Below, one piece after another: positions 31,927-40,890 of a stretch of DNA of 64,000 nt. Origin of the DNA: Lysobacterales bacterium. Its GTDB lineage: Bacteria; Pseudomonadota; Gammaproteobacteria; Xanthomonadales; SZUA-5. Below the pieces are notes generated by a model. The model was given only the letters and a program-made list of their open reading frames with translations, was not told where the DNA came from and did not search any database. Location of the stretch: NCBI GenBank assembly GCA_019187485.1, contig JABAQR010000038.1, positions 4,407 through 68,406 of the forward strand. Reading direction: 5' to 3'. Made by a program: the position numbers and the translations under genes. Within the stretch, counting starts at the first letter, position 1. Every line of letters begins with the position of its first letter.

Positions 31927-32441
31927 CCGCGGATCCAGCGACCGTCGCGCAGGCGCAGACGATCAGAAGGACCATGCTTGTGCACGATCGATTGCGAAAT
32001 CGGGAGCAGCGCAGGAACGTTGATGCCGGTACCGAGCACGAGTATGCGCTTGCCGCCATCCTTGGCGCGCCCGATCTGGCGCAGCAGCGCCATCACCTGT
32101 GGGGTGTACTCGCTGCGGTCGGCCGGGAACACGTACACGCCGAAATGGCCGGATTGCAGCACGAAGCGCACCGCTTCGGCCATGCGCTTGCTGCCAGCCA
32201 CGGTGATGCCGTGCTCGCGCAGACTGGCGAGACCGGTCTCCTGGTTCCACGCGTAAATCGAATGCCCGCGACGTTGTGACATCTGCCGCATGTGCGCCAG
32301 CAGTTCATCGGGGAAAGGGGTGTCCAGCAACACAAGGTTGCTCGTGGCCTCGAGCACCTGGTCGTACAGGCGGTGCGGCACACGCTCATCCCCGCTCGTG
32401 CGCAGCAACAACTGGGTTTCGTTGGACACGGGGACGGACAC
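31923..32441 (-). CDS. Hypothetical protein (172 aa), translationally coupled to the FimX-like gene
   Basis: GTG start. The stop overlaps the downstream ATG (ATGA at 31923-31926). Composition is coding-like and I recognise no motif. Confidence 0.65.
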   Translation of the reverse strand: MSVPVSNETQLLLRTSGDERVPHRLYDQVLEATSNLVLLDTPFPDELLAHMRQMSQRRGHSIYAWNQETGLASLREHGITVAGSKRMAEAVRFVLQSGHFGVYVFPADRSEYTPQVMALLRQIGRAKDGGKRILVLGTGINVPALLPISQSIVHKHGPSDRLRLRDGRWIRG

Positions 32442-32543
32442 AGGGCGGCAGGCGATCGTCGGGTCGGGGTCAGTATAGGCTGCGCGTGCCTGGCGAACCC
32501 CGTTCCTTCACAGCGAAGCCAGCCCGCAGCGCATCGTCGTCCA

Positions 32544-32903
32544 CTACATGGTGTGCGTGGGCCGCTCCGATCCGAGTATGCCGGCCAGGATGGACTCGAT
32601 CTTGGTCTTGACCGCCTCGCCGTCGGCGCTCTCGCCGAACTGCACGCCGATGCCGGCGGTGCGATTTCCCTGCGCGCCGGTCGGCGTGACCCACACCACC
32701 CTGCCGGCAACCGGCATGCGGTCCTTGTCGTCCATCAGCGTCAGCAGAATGAAGACCTCGTCGCCCAGACCGTAGCGCTTCTGGGTCGGGACGAAGATGC
32801 CGCCACCCTTCAGGAAGGGCATGTACGCATGGTACAGCGCACCCTTGTCCTTGATCGCAAGCGAAAGGATGCCCTGGCGTGGAATCCCGGGTCCGGTGCT
32901 CAT
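32544..32903 (-). CDS. pilZ: Type IV pilus assembly PilZ protein
   Basis: The ATG at 32903 gives GILSLAIKDKGALYHAYMPFLKGGGIFVPTQKRYGLGDEVFILLTLMDDKDRMPVAGRVVWVTP, a close match to the PilZ family. It follows holB, as in Xanthomonas. Confidence 0.85.
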   Translation of the reverse strand: MSTGPGIPRQGILSLAIKDKGALYHAYMPFLKGGGIFVPTQKRYGLGDEVFILLTLMDDKDRMPVAGRVVWVTPTGAQGNRTAGIGVQFGESADGEAVKTKIESILAGILGSERPTHTM

Positions 32904-32913
32904 CCTGGATGCC

Positions 32914-33894
32914 TCATGCCACACGTCCTCTTTGCCCGGTTCGAAAGGCGGCCGACCAGCGCGCCGCCAGGTCGTGGATCAGCAGGTCCTCGCGGACACC
33001 GCTGCCGGCCAGCGCGCGCGCGCGCTCGAGTTGCGTGGCCAGCGGCAGAAGCGTCGACATTTCCAGGCGCGAAGTCAAGCCGAGGAAGTCCTCGAAGGCT
33101 CCACCCGGCACGGCCTGCGCGCGAACCGCGAGCGCGATCAGGCGCGACCAGCGCTGCAGCAGTTGCGGACCCTCGCCGCGAAAGGCGGCGACAAATGCAG
33201 GCGCGTCCACCTGTCCGCGCGCGAGGTCGACCAGGCGCTGCACCAGACCGAGCAGCGACTTCCAGGGTTCGGCGGCCAGCACCGCCAAGGCCAGTTCCGG
33301 ATCGCCGCCGGCGTAAGCCAGCGCCGCCTGGGCCCGGGGTCCGTCGACGGCCGCAAGGCGCGCCACTTCGGCGGTCGCCTGCGTCCCCTGCGCGCGCGCC
33401 AACGGCAGACGCTGGCAACGGCTGCGGATGGTCGCGGGCAAACGACCGATGCGTTCGGCGAGCAGCAGCAGGTGGGTATCCCCGGCGGGTTCTTCGAGCG
33501 TTTTCAGCAGCGCGTTCGCGGCGGCGGCGTTCATCGCTTCGGCTGGCCACAACAACGCCGCCTGTCGCTGCGCGAGCTGCGGGCGCATCGCCAAACGCTC
33601 GGACAGTTCCCGAATTTGGTCGATGCGGATCTGCACCGAATCGACCGGCTGCACTTCGATGTAGTCCGGGTGGTTGCCCACCGCCAGCAACGCACACTGG
33701 CGGCACTCGCCGCAGGGCAGGCCGCCGAGCGGCGCGGCGCACAGCAGTCCGTGCGCCAGCGTGCGCCCGAACGCCAGTTTGTGCATTCCGCCCTCGGCGT
33801 GAATCAGCAGCGCGTGCGCGAGCTGGTCACGCGCCAGCGAGGCGGAGACTCTCTGCCAGGCAGTGGCGTGCCAGGGGAAGGTGGTGGGAGGCAT
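32914..33894 (-). CDS. holB: DNA polymerase III subunit delta'
   Basis: The ATG at 33894 gives PWHATAWQRV...HALLIHAEGGMHK, followed by the CGECRQC zinc module, LKTLEEP and the TIRSRCQ sensor motif. The remaining 307 upstream codons of the track ORF are rejected. Confidence 0.88.
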   Translation of the reverse strand: MPPTTFPWHATAWQRVSASLARDQLAHALLIHAEGGMHKLAFGRTLAHGLLCAAPLGGLPCGECRQCALLAVGNHPDYIEVQPVDSVQIRIDQIRELSERLAMRPQLAQRQAALLWPAEAMNAAAANALLKTLEEPAGDTHLLLLAERIGRLPATIRSRCQRLPLARAQGTQATAEVARLAAVDGPRAQAALAYAGGDPELALAVLAAEPWKSLLGLVQRLVDLARGQVDAPAFVAAFRGEGPQLLQRWSRLIALAVRAQAVPGGAFEDFLGLTSRLEMSTLLPLATQLERARALAGSGVREDLLIHDLAARWSAAFRTGQRGRVA

Positions 33895-33906
33895 GGGCTC
33901 CTGAGT

Positions 33907-34006
33907 GTCGGTTGTCGGTTGTCGGTTGTCGGTGGCGAGCTTCACACGATGAAGCGTCGGCCGGGATTGCGGGCGACGGTTGCCAACAGACAGCATCCGC
34001 CGACCG
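33907..34006. repeat. Intergenic element with (GTCGGTT)x4 arm and short inverted partner
   Basis: Units lie at 33907, 33914, 33921 and 33928 (the last is GTCGGTG). The partner CCGCCGAC lies at 33997-34004. An internal hairpin CTTCA-CACGA-TGAAG is present. The element ends 10 nt from the mltG stop. Confidence 0.8.
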
Positions 34007-34016
34007 GCAGACTGCT

Positions 34017-35042
34017 TCACCGCCCGAGCTGGAACCGTCGCACCGCCGCATTGTGCTCGTCCAGCGTGCGCGAGAACACATGACTGCCGTCGCCGCGGGC
34101 GACGAAATACATCGCGTCGGTCGTCGCGGGCTCGACCGCGGCCTTGATCGCGGCGCGCCCGGGCAGGGCGATCGGGGTCGGCGGCAGCCCGAAGCGGGTA
34201 TAGGTGTTGTACGGCGTGTCGGTCTGGAGGTCGATGCGCCGCAGGTTTCCATCGAAAGCCTCGCCTAAACCGTAGATGACGCTCGGATCGGTCTGCAATC
34301 GCCAACCCCGACGCAGGCGGTTGATGAACACGCCGGCGATCTGCCTGCGCTCGCCGACGCGACCGGTTTCCTTCTCGATCACCGAGGCCAGGATCAGCGC
34401 CTGGTAGGCGTCGACCAGCGGCAGTTCGGGCGCGCGCGCCTGCCAGGCTTGTTCGAGCAGCCTCTTCTGCGCCCAATAGGCGCGCCTGAGCAATTCGACG
34501 TCGGCAAATCCACGTGGAAAGAAGTAGGTGTCGGGCAGGAACAGGCCTTCGGGGTGCGCCTCCGTGGCGCCGATCCGCGCGAGCACGGCGGCATCGTCGA
34601 GACCGCCGAGCGTTTGCTCCAGCTCCGGCGTTGCCGCCAGCGCTACACGCAGATCGCGAAAACGGGATCCTTCGACGATGGTCAGGCGGTACTGCACAAC
34701 GCGGCCGTCGGTGATCGATCGCAGCAGATCGGGCGGCGTCATGCCGGCCTCGATCCGATACTCGCCGGCCTGCAGCCGCGCCGCGAGGCCACTGCGTTGA
34801 GCCAGCAGCCGCCACTGCCAGTAAGGCGCGTCGCTGATACCGCGAGCGGCCAGTTCCGCGCTCAGCTCGCGCAGGCGCATGCCGCGCTCGAATGTGATCA
34901 CGCTGCCGACGCTGCCCAGCGCCCGCTGCTCGAAGCGGTGAAACTCGCGCCAGCCGAACCAGGCCATCGCCGACAAGGCGAGCGCCAGGCAGGCGAGCAG
35001 CAACACCCAGCGGATGCGGCCCAGCGGGGGTGGCGGCGGCAT
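34017..35042 (-). CDS. mltG: Endolytic murein transglycosylase
   Basis: The ATG at 35042 gives a membrane anchor (IRWVLLLACLALALSAMAWFGW) followed by a YceG-like domain (ASVIEKET, YNTYTRFGLPPTPIALPG). Confidence 0.88.
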   Translation of the reverse strand: MPPPPPLGRIRWVLLLACLALALSAMAWFGWREFHRFEQRALGSVGSVITFERGMRLRELSAELAARGISDAPYWQWRLLAQRSGLAARLQAGEYRIEAGMTPPDLLRSITDGRVVQYRLTIVEGSRFRDLRVALAATPELEQTLGGLDDAAVLARIGATEAHPEGLFLPDTYFFPRGFADVELLRRAYWAQKRLLEQAWQARAPELPLVDAYQALILASVIEKETGRVGERRQIAGVFINRLRRGWRLQTDPSVIYGLGEAFDGNLRRIDLQTDTPYNTYTRFGLPPTPIALPGRAAIKAAVEPATTDAMYFVARGDGSHVFSRTLDEHNAAVRRFQLGR

Positions 35043-35118
35043 CCGGGTCACGTCCGGGCCAGGTCGATCACGACCGGGCCGCGACGCAGCCGGCGAACGG
35101 ACGAGGCGGGTCCCGTCC

Positions 35119-35892
35119 CTACGCGCACGAGCGGCTCGCCGCGAACATCGCATCCCAGGCCGCGCGCAACTCGCGCACCCGGCGGTCGGTGCGCCAGCGG
35201 CGCGTGCCGAGTTCGCGCACGCCGCGCGGACCGCGCAGTGCATTGCACAGCAACAGCGCGTCGGCGGCCTCGACTTCTGCCGGAGACAGCGGGCGTTCCT
35301 GCACCTCCAGTCGCACCTGCAACCAGCGCCGCGCCACGCCGGCGACGCCGCAGCGATCCACCGGCGGCGTGACCCACTGGCCGTCGATGCGTGCGCACAG
35401 GTTTGCCGAAGTCGCCGCCACCACCCTGCCGTGCATGTCCAGCATCAGCCCCTCGTCGAAGTCGTCGCACCATTCCGCGCGGGCCAGCACCTGCTCCAGC
35501 CGGTTCAGGTGCTTGATGCCCGCCAGCGCCGGTTGCAGCGCCAGCCGCGTCGCACACCAACGCAGTCGTAGCCCCCGCGGCTCCACCACCGGCGCCGGCC
35601 CGAGCTGCAACAGTAGCCGCGGCCGCGGCGCTGGTGGTCGAGCATAGCCGCGCGGACCTTCGCCTGCGGTCCACAGCAGCTTGACCGCCGTGTCGCCCTG
35701 CGCGCCCGCCGCGCGTCGCACGCGCCGCCACAACTTCTCGGGATCCGGCGCCGGCAGCCGCAGACGTGCACAGCCGTCGAGCAGGCGCTGCATGTGCCAG
35801 TCCCACAGCGGCGCGCGACCGGCGACGATCCGCAGGCTTTCGAACAACCCATCGCCATAGTGCAGACCGCGATCCCTCGTCAGCGCACTCAT
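35119..35892 (-). CDS. pabC: Aminodeoxychorismate lyase
   Basis: The ATG at 35892 gives a class-IV aminotransferase fold (RGLHYGDGLFESLR, GIKHLNRLEQV). It overlaps the pabB stop. Confidence 0.75.
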   Translation of the reverse strand: MSALTRDRGLHYGDGLFESLRIVAGRAPLWDWHMQRLLDGCARLRLPAPDPEKLWRRVRRAAGAQGDTAVKLLWTAGEGPRGYARPPAPRPRLLLQLGPAPVVEPRGLRLRWCATRLALQPALAGIKHLNRLEQVLARAEWCDDFDEGLMLDMHGRVVAATSANLCARIDGQWVTPPVDRCGVAGVARRWLQVRLEVQERPLSPAEVEAADALLLCNALRGPRGVRELGTRRWRTDRRVRELRAAWDAMFAASRSCA

Positions 35893-37202
35893 CCATTGGC
35901 TCCGAGCGCGCGCAGCAACCCGAGTGCCTTGTTGCGGGTTTCCGCGAGTTCGCGCGCAGCCAGCGAGTCGGCGACGATGCCGGCACCGGTGCGGAACAGC
36001 AGGCGCTCGCCGCGCGCGACCATGGTGCGGATCAGAATGCTGAGGTCGAGCGCGCCATCGTCGCCGATCCAGCCGAGCGCGCCGGTGTAGGCGCCGCGGC
36101 CCGTACCTTCGAGCTCGGCGATGATCTGCATGCAGCGCACCTTGGGGCAGCCGGTGATGGTGCCACCCGGGAACAGCGCGCGCAGCAACTGCCAGGCATC
36201 GATCCCATCGCGCAGCCGGCCGGCGACGTTCGACACCAGGTGATGCACATGCGCGTAGCTCTCGACGATGCCGAGCTCGTCGACGTGTACGCTCCCGGGC
36301 TCGCAGAGGCGACCGAGGTCGTTGCGTTCGAGGTCGAGCAGCATGATGTGCTCGGCGCGCTCCTTGGGGTCGCGTCGCAATTCGGTGAGCAGTTCGGCGT
36401 CGCGCACGGGATCGCCATCGCGTCGGCGGGTGCCGGCGATCGGCCGGGTCTCTACGCGCCGACCGCGCACCGACACCAGCCGCTCGGGCGACGAGGAGAC
36501 CACCGCAAAGTCGTGCCAGCACAGCAAGCCGGCGAAAGGCGCCGGATTGGCGGCGCACAGCCGCGCGAACAGCGCATCCGGAGCAATCGGCGACGACGCG
36601 CCGGCGCGCCAGGCGCGCGAGAGATTGACCTGAAAGCTGTCGCCTGCGGCGAGGTAGTCGTGGATGCGGGCGACTCCATCGAGAAAACACTGCGGATCGT
36701 CTTCGACCAGCCGTATCGGAGGCAGCGACGAAGGTGGCGGATCGTTCGTCGCGAGCGCATCCAGCAGGCGTGGATGCCAGTCGGCCGCACCGTCCCCGAG
36801 CAGCTCACAACGCGCGCTCGCGCGCTCGCGCCGCAGCAGCGCCGGCACTCGCCACAGCAGCGCCAGAGGCTCGTCGAGTTCGGGCCGCAGCAGCGGCACG
36901 CGTGGCTCGAAGACGGCACCGAAATCGTAAGCCAGATACAGCAGCCAGCCACCGCGGTAGCCGGCCTGCGGTTCATCGCTGCCGACGCGGATCGCGCGCA
37001 GAGCCTGCTCGAACTGCGCCAGCGCGGTCGCGTGCTGCGGATGGTTCGGATAAGGCAGGTGCAGCGGTTCACCGGCAACCAGTGGCAACAGATCCAGCTG
37101 CCCCTGTGGTCCCGCCGCCGCGCTCAACAGCAGCGCCGGCGCCGTGTCACCGAGCGTTCGGCGCAGTTGCGCGAAGTTGGCGTGGGACGGAAACGCAGGC
37201 AT
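35889..37202 (-). CDS. pabB: Aminodeoxychorismate synthase component I
   Basis: Chorismate-binding enzyme motifs (LFPGGTITGCPK, RGAYTGALGW). The pabB call over trpE rests on coupling to pabC. The ATG at 37202 was chosen because the longer ORF runs into the repeat element. Confidence 0.8.
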   Translation of the reverse strand: MPAFPSHANFAQLRRTLGDTAPALLLSAAAGPQGQLDLLPLVAGEPLHLPYPNHPQHATALAQFEQALRAIRVGSDEPQAGYRGGWLLYLAYDFGAVFEPRVPLLRPELDEPLALLWRVPALLRRERASARCELLGDGAADWHPRLLDALATNDPPPSSLPPIRLVEDDPQCFLDGVARIHDYLAAGDSFQVNLSRAWRAGASSPIAPDALFARLCAANPAPFAGLLCWHDFAVVSSSPERLVSVRGRRVETRPIAGTRRRDGDPVRDAELLTELRRDPKERAEHIMLLDLERNDLGRLCEPGSVHVDELGIVESYAHVHHLVSNVAGRLRDGIDAWQLLRALFPGGTITGCPKVRCMQIIAELEGTGRGAYTGALGWIGDDGALDLSILIRTMVARGERLLFRTGAGIVADSLAARELAETRNKALGLLRALGANG

Positions 37203-37245
37203 CGCGGCGTCGTGCGGGTCGGATGGGGCGCATTCTGTCCATAAA

Positions 37246-37354
37246 GGATGCGAAGGACGCAAAGAACAGCGGAAGTCGGAGTTGGACATGGCCCGGGCAC
37301 CCGGCACTCCCGCCCGAGGGGCTCTCCTGCTCTCCTTTGCGTCTTTTGCAGATC
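37246..37354. repeat. Palindromic intergenic element with GACGCAAAG-type arms
   Basis: The left arm is GGATGCGAAGGACGCAAAGAACAGCGGAAG (37246-37275). The right arm is CTCCTGCTCTCCTTTGCGTCTTTTGCAGATC (37324-37354). It ends 22 nt from the fabF stop. Confidence 0.88.
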
Positions 37355-37376
37355 AACCGCTCTTCAAAGTCCGCCA

Positions 37377-38621
37377 TCACATCCGTCGCAGCACCAGCGT
37401 GCCGTTGGTGCCGCCGAAGCCGAAGCTGTTCGACATCACCACATCGAGTTTCGCATCGCGCGCGGTGTTCGGCACCAGGTCGAGGTCGATGCCTTCCTCG
37501 GGGTGGTCGAGGTTGATCGTCGCCGGGACCACCTGGTCGCGCAACGCGAGCACGCAGAAGATCGCCTCGACCGCCCCGGCGGCGCCGAGCAGGTGGCCGG
37601 TGGTGGACTTGGTCGAGCTGATCATCAGGCTCGCGGCATCGGCGCCGAAGGCGGACTGGATCGCGACGATCTCGCCGCGGTCGCCGAGCGGCGTCGAGGT
37701 GGCGTGCGCGTTCACGTACTGCACCTCGGCCGGCGCGATGCCGGCGTCGGCGAGCGCGTTGCGCATCGACAGCGCGGCGCCCGAGCCGTCCTCCGGCGGT
37801 GCGGTCATGTGGTAGGCGTCGTCGCTCATGCCGAAGCCGATCACTTCCGCGTAGATGCGCGCGCCGCGCGCCTTGGCGTGCTCGTATTCCTCGAGCACCA
37901 GCGCGCCGGCGCCGTCGGAGAGCACGAAGCCATCGCGGTCGCGGTCCCAGGGCCGGCTCGCGGCCTTGGGATCGTGGTTGCGTTCGCTGAGTGCGCGCGA
38001 GGACGAGAAACCGCCGACCGCGGTCGGCGTGGTCGCGTGTTCGGCGCCGCCGGCGAGCATCAAATCGGCGTCGCCGTAGGCGATCAGACGCGCCGCGACG
38101 CCGATGTTGTGCGTTCCGGTGGTGCAGGCGGTGACGATGGAGAGGTTCGGCCCACGCAACCCGAAGTTGATGCCGAGGTGCCCGGCGACCATGTTGATGA
38201 TCGTGCCCGGCACGAAGAAGGGCGAGACCCGCCGCGGGCCGTGCTGGTGCCAGGTCAGCGTGGTCTGCTCGATGGTCGAGATGCCGCCGATGCCGGCGGC
38301 CATCATCACCCCGAAGCGGGTGCGCAGCTCCTCGGGCACCGGATCGAAGCCGGCGTCGCGGATTGCCTGGGTGCCGGCCGCGATCCCGTAGTGGATGAAG
38401 GGATCCATCCGGCGCGCGTCCTTGGGCGCCACCCAGTCGGAGACGTTGAAGCCCTGCACCTGCCCGGCGAAGCGGGTCGCGAAGGCGGAGCAGTCGAAAT
38501 GGGTGATCGGGCCGATGCCGCTGCGACCGGCCTTGAGGTTGTCCCAGGCGGTGGCGATGTCGGAACCGATCGGCGACACGATCCCGAGCCCGGTGACGAC
38601 GACGCGTCGAGCGCTGCGCAT
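37377..38621 (-). CDS. fabF: 3-oxoacyl-ACP synthase II
   Basis: The ATG at 38621 gives [15 protein letters not shown]. Active-site contexts are [17 protein letters not shown] and NSFGFGGTN. Confidence 0.95.
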   Translation of the reverse strand: MRSARRVVVTGLGIVSPIGSDIATAWDNLKAGRSGIGPITHFDCSAFATRFAGQVQGFNVSDWVAPKDARRMDPFIHYGIAAGTQAIRDAGFDPVPEELRTRFGVMMAAGIGGISTIEQTTLTWHQHGPRRVSPFFVPGTIINMVAGHLGINFGLRGPNLSIVTACTTGTHNIGVAARLIAYGDADLMLAGGAEHATTPTAVGGFSSSRALSERNHDPKAASRPWDRDRDGFVLSDGAGALVLEEYEHAKARGARIYAEVIGFGMSDDAYHMTAPPEDGSGAALSMRNALADAGIAPAEVQYVNAHATSTPLGDRGEIVAIQSAFGADAASLMISSTKSTTGHLLGAAGAVEAIFCVLALRDQVVPATINLDHPEEGIDLDLVPNTARDAKLDVVMSNSFGFGGTNGTLVLRRM

Positions 38622-38634
38622 TGAGACTCCATCA

Positions 38635-38733
38635 GGAAAAAGGAAAAAGGAAAAAAGGAAAAAGGGAGAGCGAAAAGCGGGACCGCGGCGTAGACCGCTC
38701 TTCCCTTTTCCATTTTCCCTTTTCCTTTTTCCC
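38635..38733. repeat. Palindromic intergenic element with GGAAAA(A) / TTTTCC tandem arms
   Basis: GGAAAAAGGAAAAAGGAAAAAAGGAAAAAGGGAGAGCGAAAAGCGG - GACCGCGGCGTAGA - CCGCTCTTCCCTTTTCCATTTTCCCTTTTCCTTTTTCC. It lies between acpP and fabF. Confidence 0.93.
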
Positions 38734-38738
38734 AACGA

Positions 38739-38765
38739 GCGCGCGCGACCGCGGGTCGCACGCGC
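38739..38765 (-). terminator. GC-rich 12-bp stem-loop immediately downstream of acpP
   Basis: Positions 38739-38750 pair with 38754-38765 around a 3-nt loop. The single mismatch is a G.U pair in the acpP-sense RNA. There is no U-tract, so it may be an attenuator or a stabiliser rather than a terminator. Confidence 0.45.
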
Positions 38766-38772
38766 GAGGCCA

Positions 38773-39012
38773 TCAGGCCTTGACGTTGGCCTTGATGTAA
38801 TCGACCGCCTGCTGCACCGAGGTGATCTTCTCGGCTTCCTCGTCGGGGATTTCGCACTCGAACTCTTCTTCGAGGGCCATCACCAGTTCGACAGTGTCGA
38901 GGGAATCGGCGCCGAGATCGTCGACGAAGGAGGAGTTTGGCTTGACTTCGTCTTCCTTCACGCCCAGACGGTCGACGACGATCTTCTTGACGCGGTCTTC
39001 GATGCTGCTCAT
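38773..39012 (-). CDS. acpP: Acyl carrier protein
   Basis: 79 aa with the [13 protein letters not shown] phosphopantetheine attachment site. Confidence 0.97.
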   Translation of the reverse strand: MSSIEDRVKKIVVDRLGVKEDEVKPNSSFVDDLGADSLDTVELVMALEEEFECEIPDEEAEKITSVQQAVDYIKANVKA

Positions 39013-39195
39013 GGCTACTCGGTTCCTCGATCTGACATGTTGGAGCGGCTGTTTGCCCCCTTGAGTCAAGGGGGCGACCGGGCGCAGAGCGCCCGGTGGG
39101 GGATGTGGGTGCAAGCAGGCTCTGGAGTTCCGGTTTTCGAGGTCGCTTGCCGCCCGAAAAGGGTGCAGATGATAGGGGCGAAACCGCCGCAGCGG

Positions 39196-39933
39196 CTACG
39201 GCATGTACATGCCGCCGTTGACGTGCAGGGTCTCGCCCGTGATGTAACCGGCCGCCGGCGACGCCAGGAAGGCCACCGCCTTCGCGATGTCGGCGGCCTC
39301 TCCGAAGCGCCCGAGCGGCACGTCGGCGAGCAAGGCGGCGCGCTGTGCTTCCGGCAGTGCGCGCGTCATGTCGGTGTCGATGAAGCCCGGCGCGACCACG
39401 TTCGCGGTGATGCCGCGGCTGCCGACCTCGCGCGCCAGCGACTTGGTGAAACCGATGATGCCGGCCTTGGCGGCCGCGTAATTGGCCTGGCCGGCGTTGC
39501 CGGTGAGGCCGATCACCGAGGCGATCGAGATGATGCGGCCCTGGCGTTCGCGCAGCATCCGCTTCAGCACCGCCTTGGACAGCCGGAACACGCTCGCGAG
39601 GTTGGTGTTGATGACCGCGGCGAAGTCCTCGTCCTTCATCCGCAGCAGCAACTGGTCGCGGGTGATGCCGGCGTTGTTGACGAGCACGCGCACCGGACCG
39701 AGGTCCTTCTCGACCGACTCCACGAAGGCCTCGATCTGCGCCGCGTCGGCGACGTCGAGCACGCGCCCCTGGCCGCGCTCGCGCAACCGCTCCGTGATCG
39801 CGACGGCGCCGGCCTCGCTGGTCGCGGTGCCGACCACGAAGTGCCCCTGGGCGGCAAGTTCGTCGGCGATCGCGGCGCCGATGCCGCGGCTGGCGCCGGT
39901 GACGATCGCGAGCTTGCGGTCTGCGTCGCTCAT
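39196..39933 (-). CDS. fabG: 3-oxoacyl-ACP reductase
   Basis: The ATG at 39933 gives AIVTGASRGIGAAIA, followed by NAG and YAAAKAG motifs. Confidence 0.95.
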   Translation of the reverse strand: MSDADRKLAIVTGASRGIGAAIADELAAQGHFVVGTATSEAGAVAITERLRERGQGRVLDVADAAQIEAFVESVEKDLGPVRVLVNNAGITRDQLLLRMKDEDFAAVINTNLASVFRLSKAVLKRMLRERQGRIISIASVIGLTGNAGQANYAAAKAGIIGFTKSLAREVGSRGITANVVAPGFIDTDMTRALPEAQRAALLADVPLGRFGEAADIAKAVAFLASPAAGYITGETLHVNGGMYMP

Positions 39934-40874
39934 GCCTTCAGGCCCTCCAGGGCGGCGTCGAATCCGGCCGGCTCGCCGATGGCCTGGCCGGCGATCTCCG
40001 GCGCGATGCGCTTGACCATGCCAGTCAGCACCTTGCCGGGGCCGCACTCGATGGCATGGCGCACGCCGCGCGCGGCAAGCGCCTGCACCGACTCGGTCCA
40101 GCGCACCGGCGCGTGCAACTGCAAGGCGAGCGCGGCGCGGATCGCGGCCGCATCGGCGTGGCTGGCGACATCGGCGTTGTGGAGGACGGGGATGGCGGGT
40201 GCTGCGATCGCGATGTCGGCCATGAAGGTGGACAGGCACTCGGCGGCGCTCCGCATCAGCGGCGAGTGCGAGGGCACGCTGACCGGCAGCCGGATCGCGC
40301 GCTTGACGCCGCGGGCGGCGAGTTCGGCAAGCGCACGGTCCATCGCCGCGGCGGCGCCCGACAGCACGATCTGGCCGGGTGCGTTGAGGTTGGCCGGGAC
40401 GACGGGCTCGGCGTCGGTCGATACCTGCGCGCAGACTTCGGCCAGCAGCGGCAGCTCGGCGTTGAGCACCGCCGCCATCGCGCCCTGCCCTTCCGGCACG
40501 GCTTCCTGCATCAACCGGCCGCGCTCGCGCACGAGGCGCGTCGCGTCGACCAGCGTGAGCGCGCCAGCGCACACCAGCGCGGTGTATTCGCCGAGGCTGT
40601 GGCCGGCCATCGCGACGGGCTCGGCACCGCCGGCCGCGCGCCAGGCGCGCCAGCAGGCCACCCCGGCCGCGAGCAGCACGGGCTGGGTGTTGACGGTTCG
40701 GTTGAGCTCGGCCTCCGGACCCTGCTGGGCGAGCGCCCACAGGTCGAGCCCGATCGCGTCGGAGGCTTCGGCGAAGGTCTCGCGGACCGCCGGGTGCGCG
40801 TCGGCGAGCGCCGCCAGCATGCGCAGGGCCTGCGAGCCCTGGCCGGGAAACAGAAAAGCCAGATCGTTGCGCAT
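39930..40874 (-). CDS. fabD: Malonyl-CoA-ACP transacylase
   Basis: The ATG at 40874 gives LAFLFPGQGSQ, with the GHSLGEY active site. Confidence 0.95.
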   Translation of the reverse strand: MRNDLAFLFPGQGSQALRMLAALADAHPAVRETFAEASDAIGLDLWALAQQGPEAELNRTVNTQPVLLAAGVACWRAWRAAGGAEPVAMAGHSLGEYTALVCAGALTLVDATRLVRERGRLMQEAVPEGQGAMAAVLNAELPLLAEVCAQVSTDAEPVVPANLNAPGQIVLSGAAAAMDRALAELAARGVKRAIRLPVSVPSHSPLMRSAAECLSTFMADIAIAAPAIPVLHNADVASHADAAAIRAALALQLHAPVRWTESVQALAARGVRHAIECGPGKVLTGMVKRIAPEIAGQAIGEPAGFDAALEGLKA

Positions 40875-40890
40875 GGTCTTCGGAAACGGA

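Noticed and set aside
29251-32256. 1001-aa plus-strand ORF
   Set aside because: It is antisense to the GGDEF-EAL gene, whose domains are clearly readable on the other strand. Its composition is shadow-frame.
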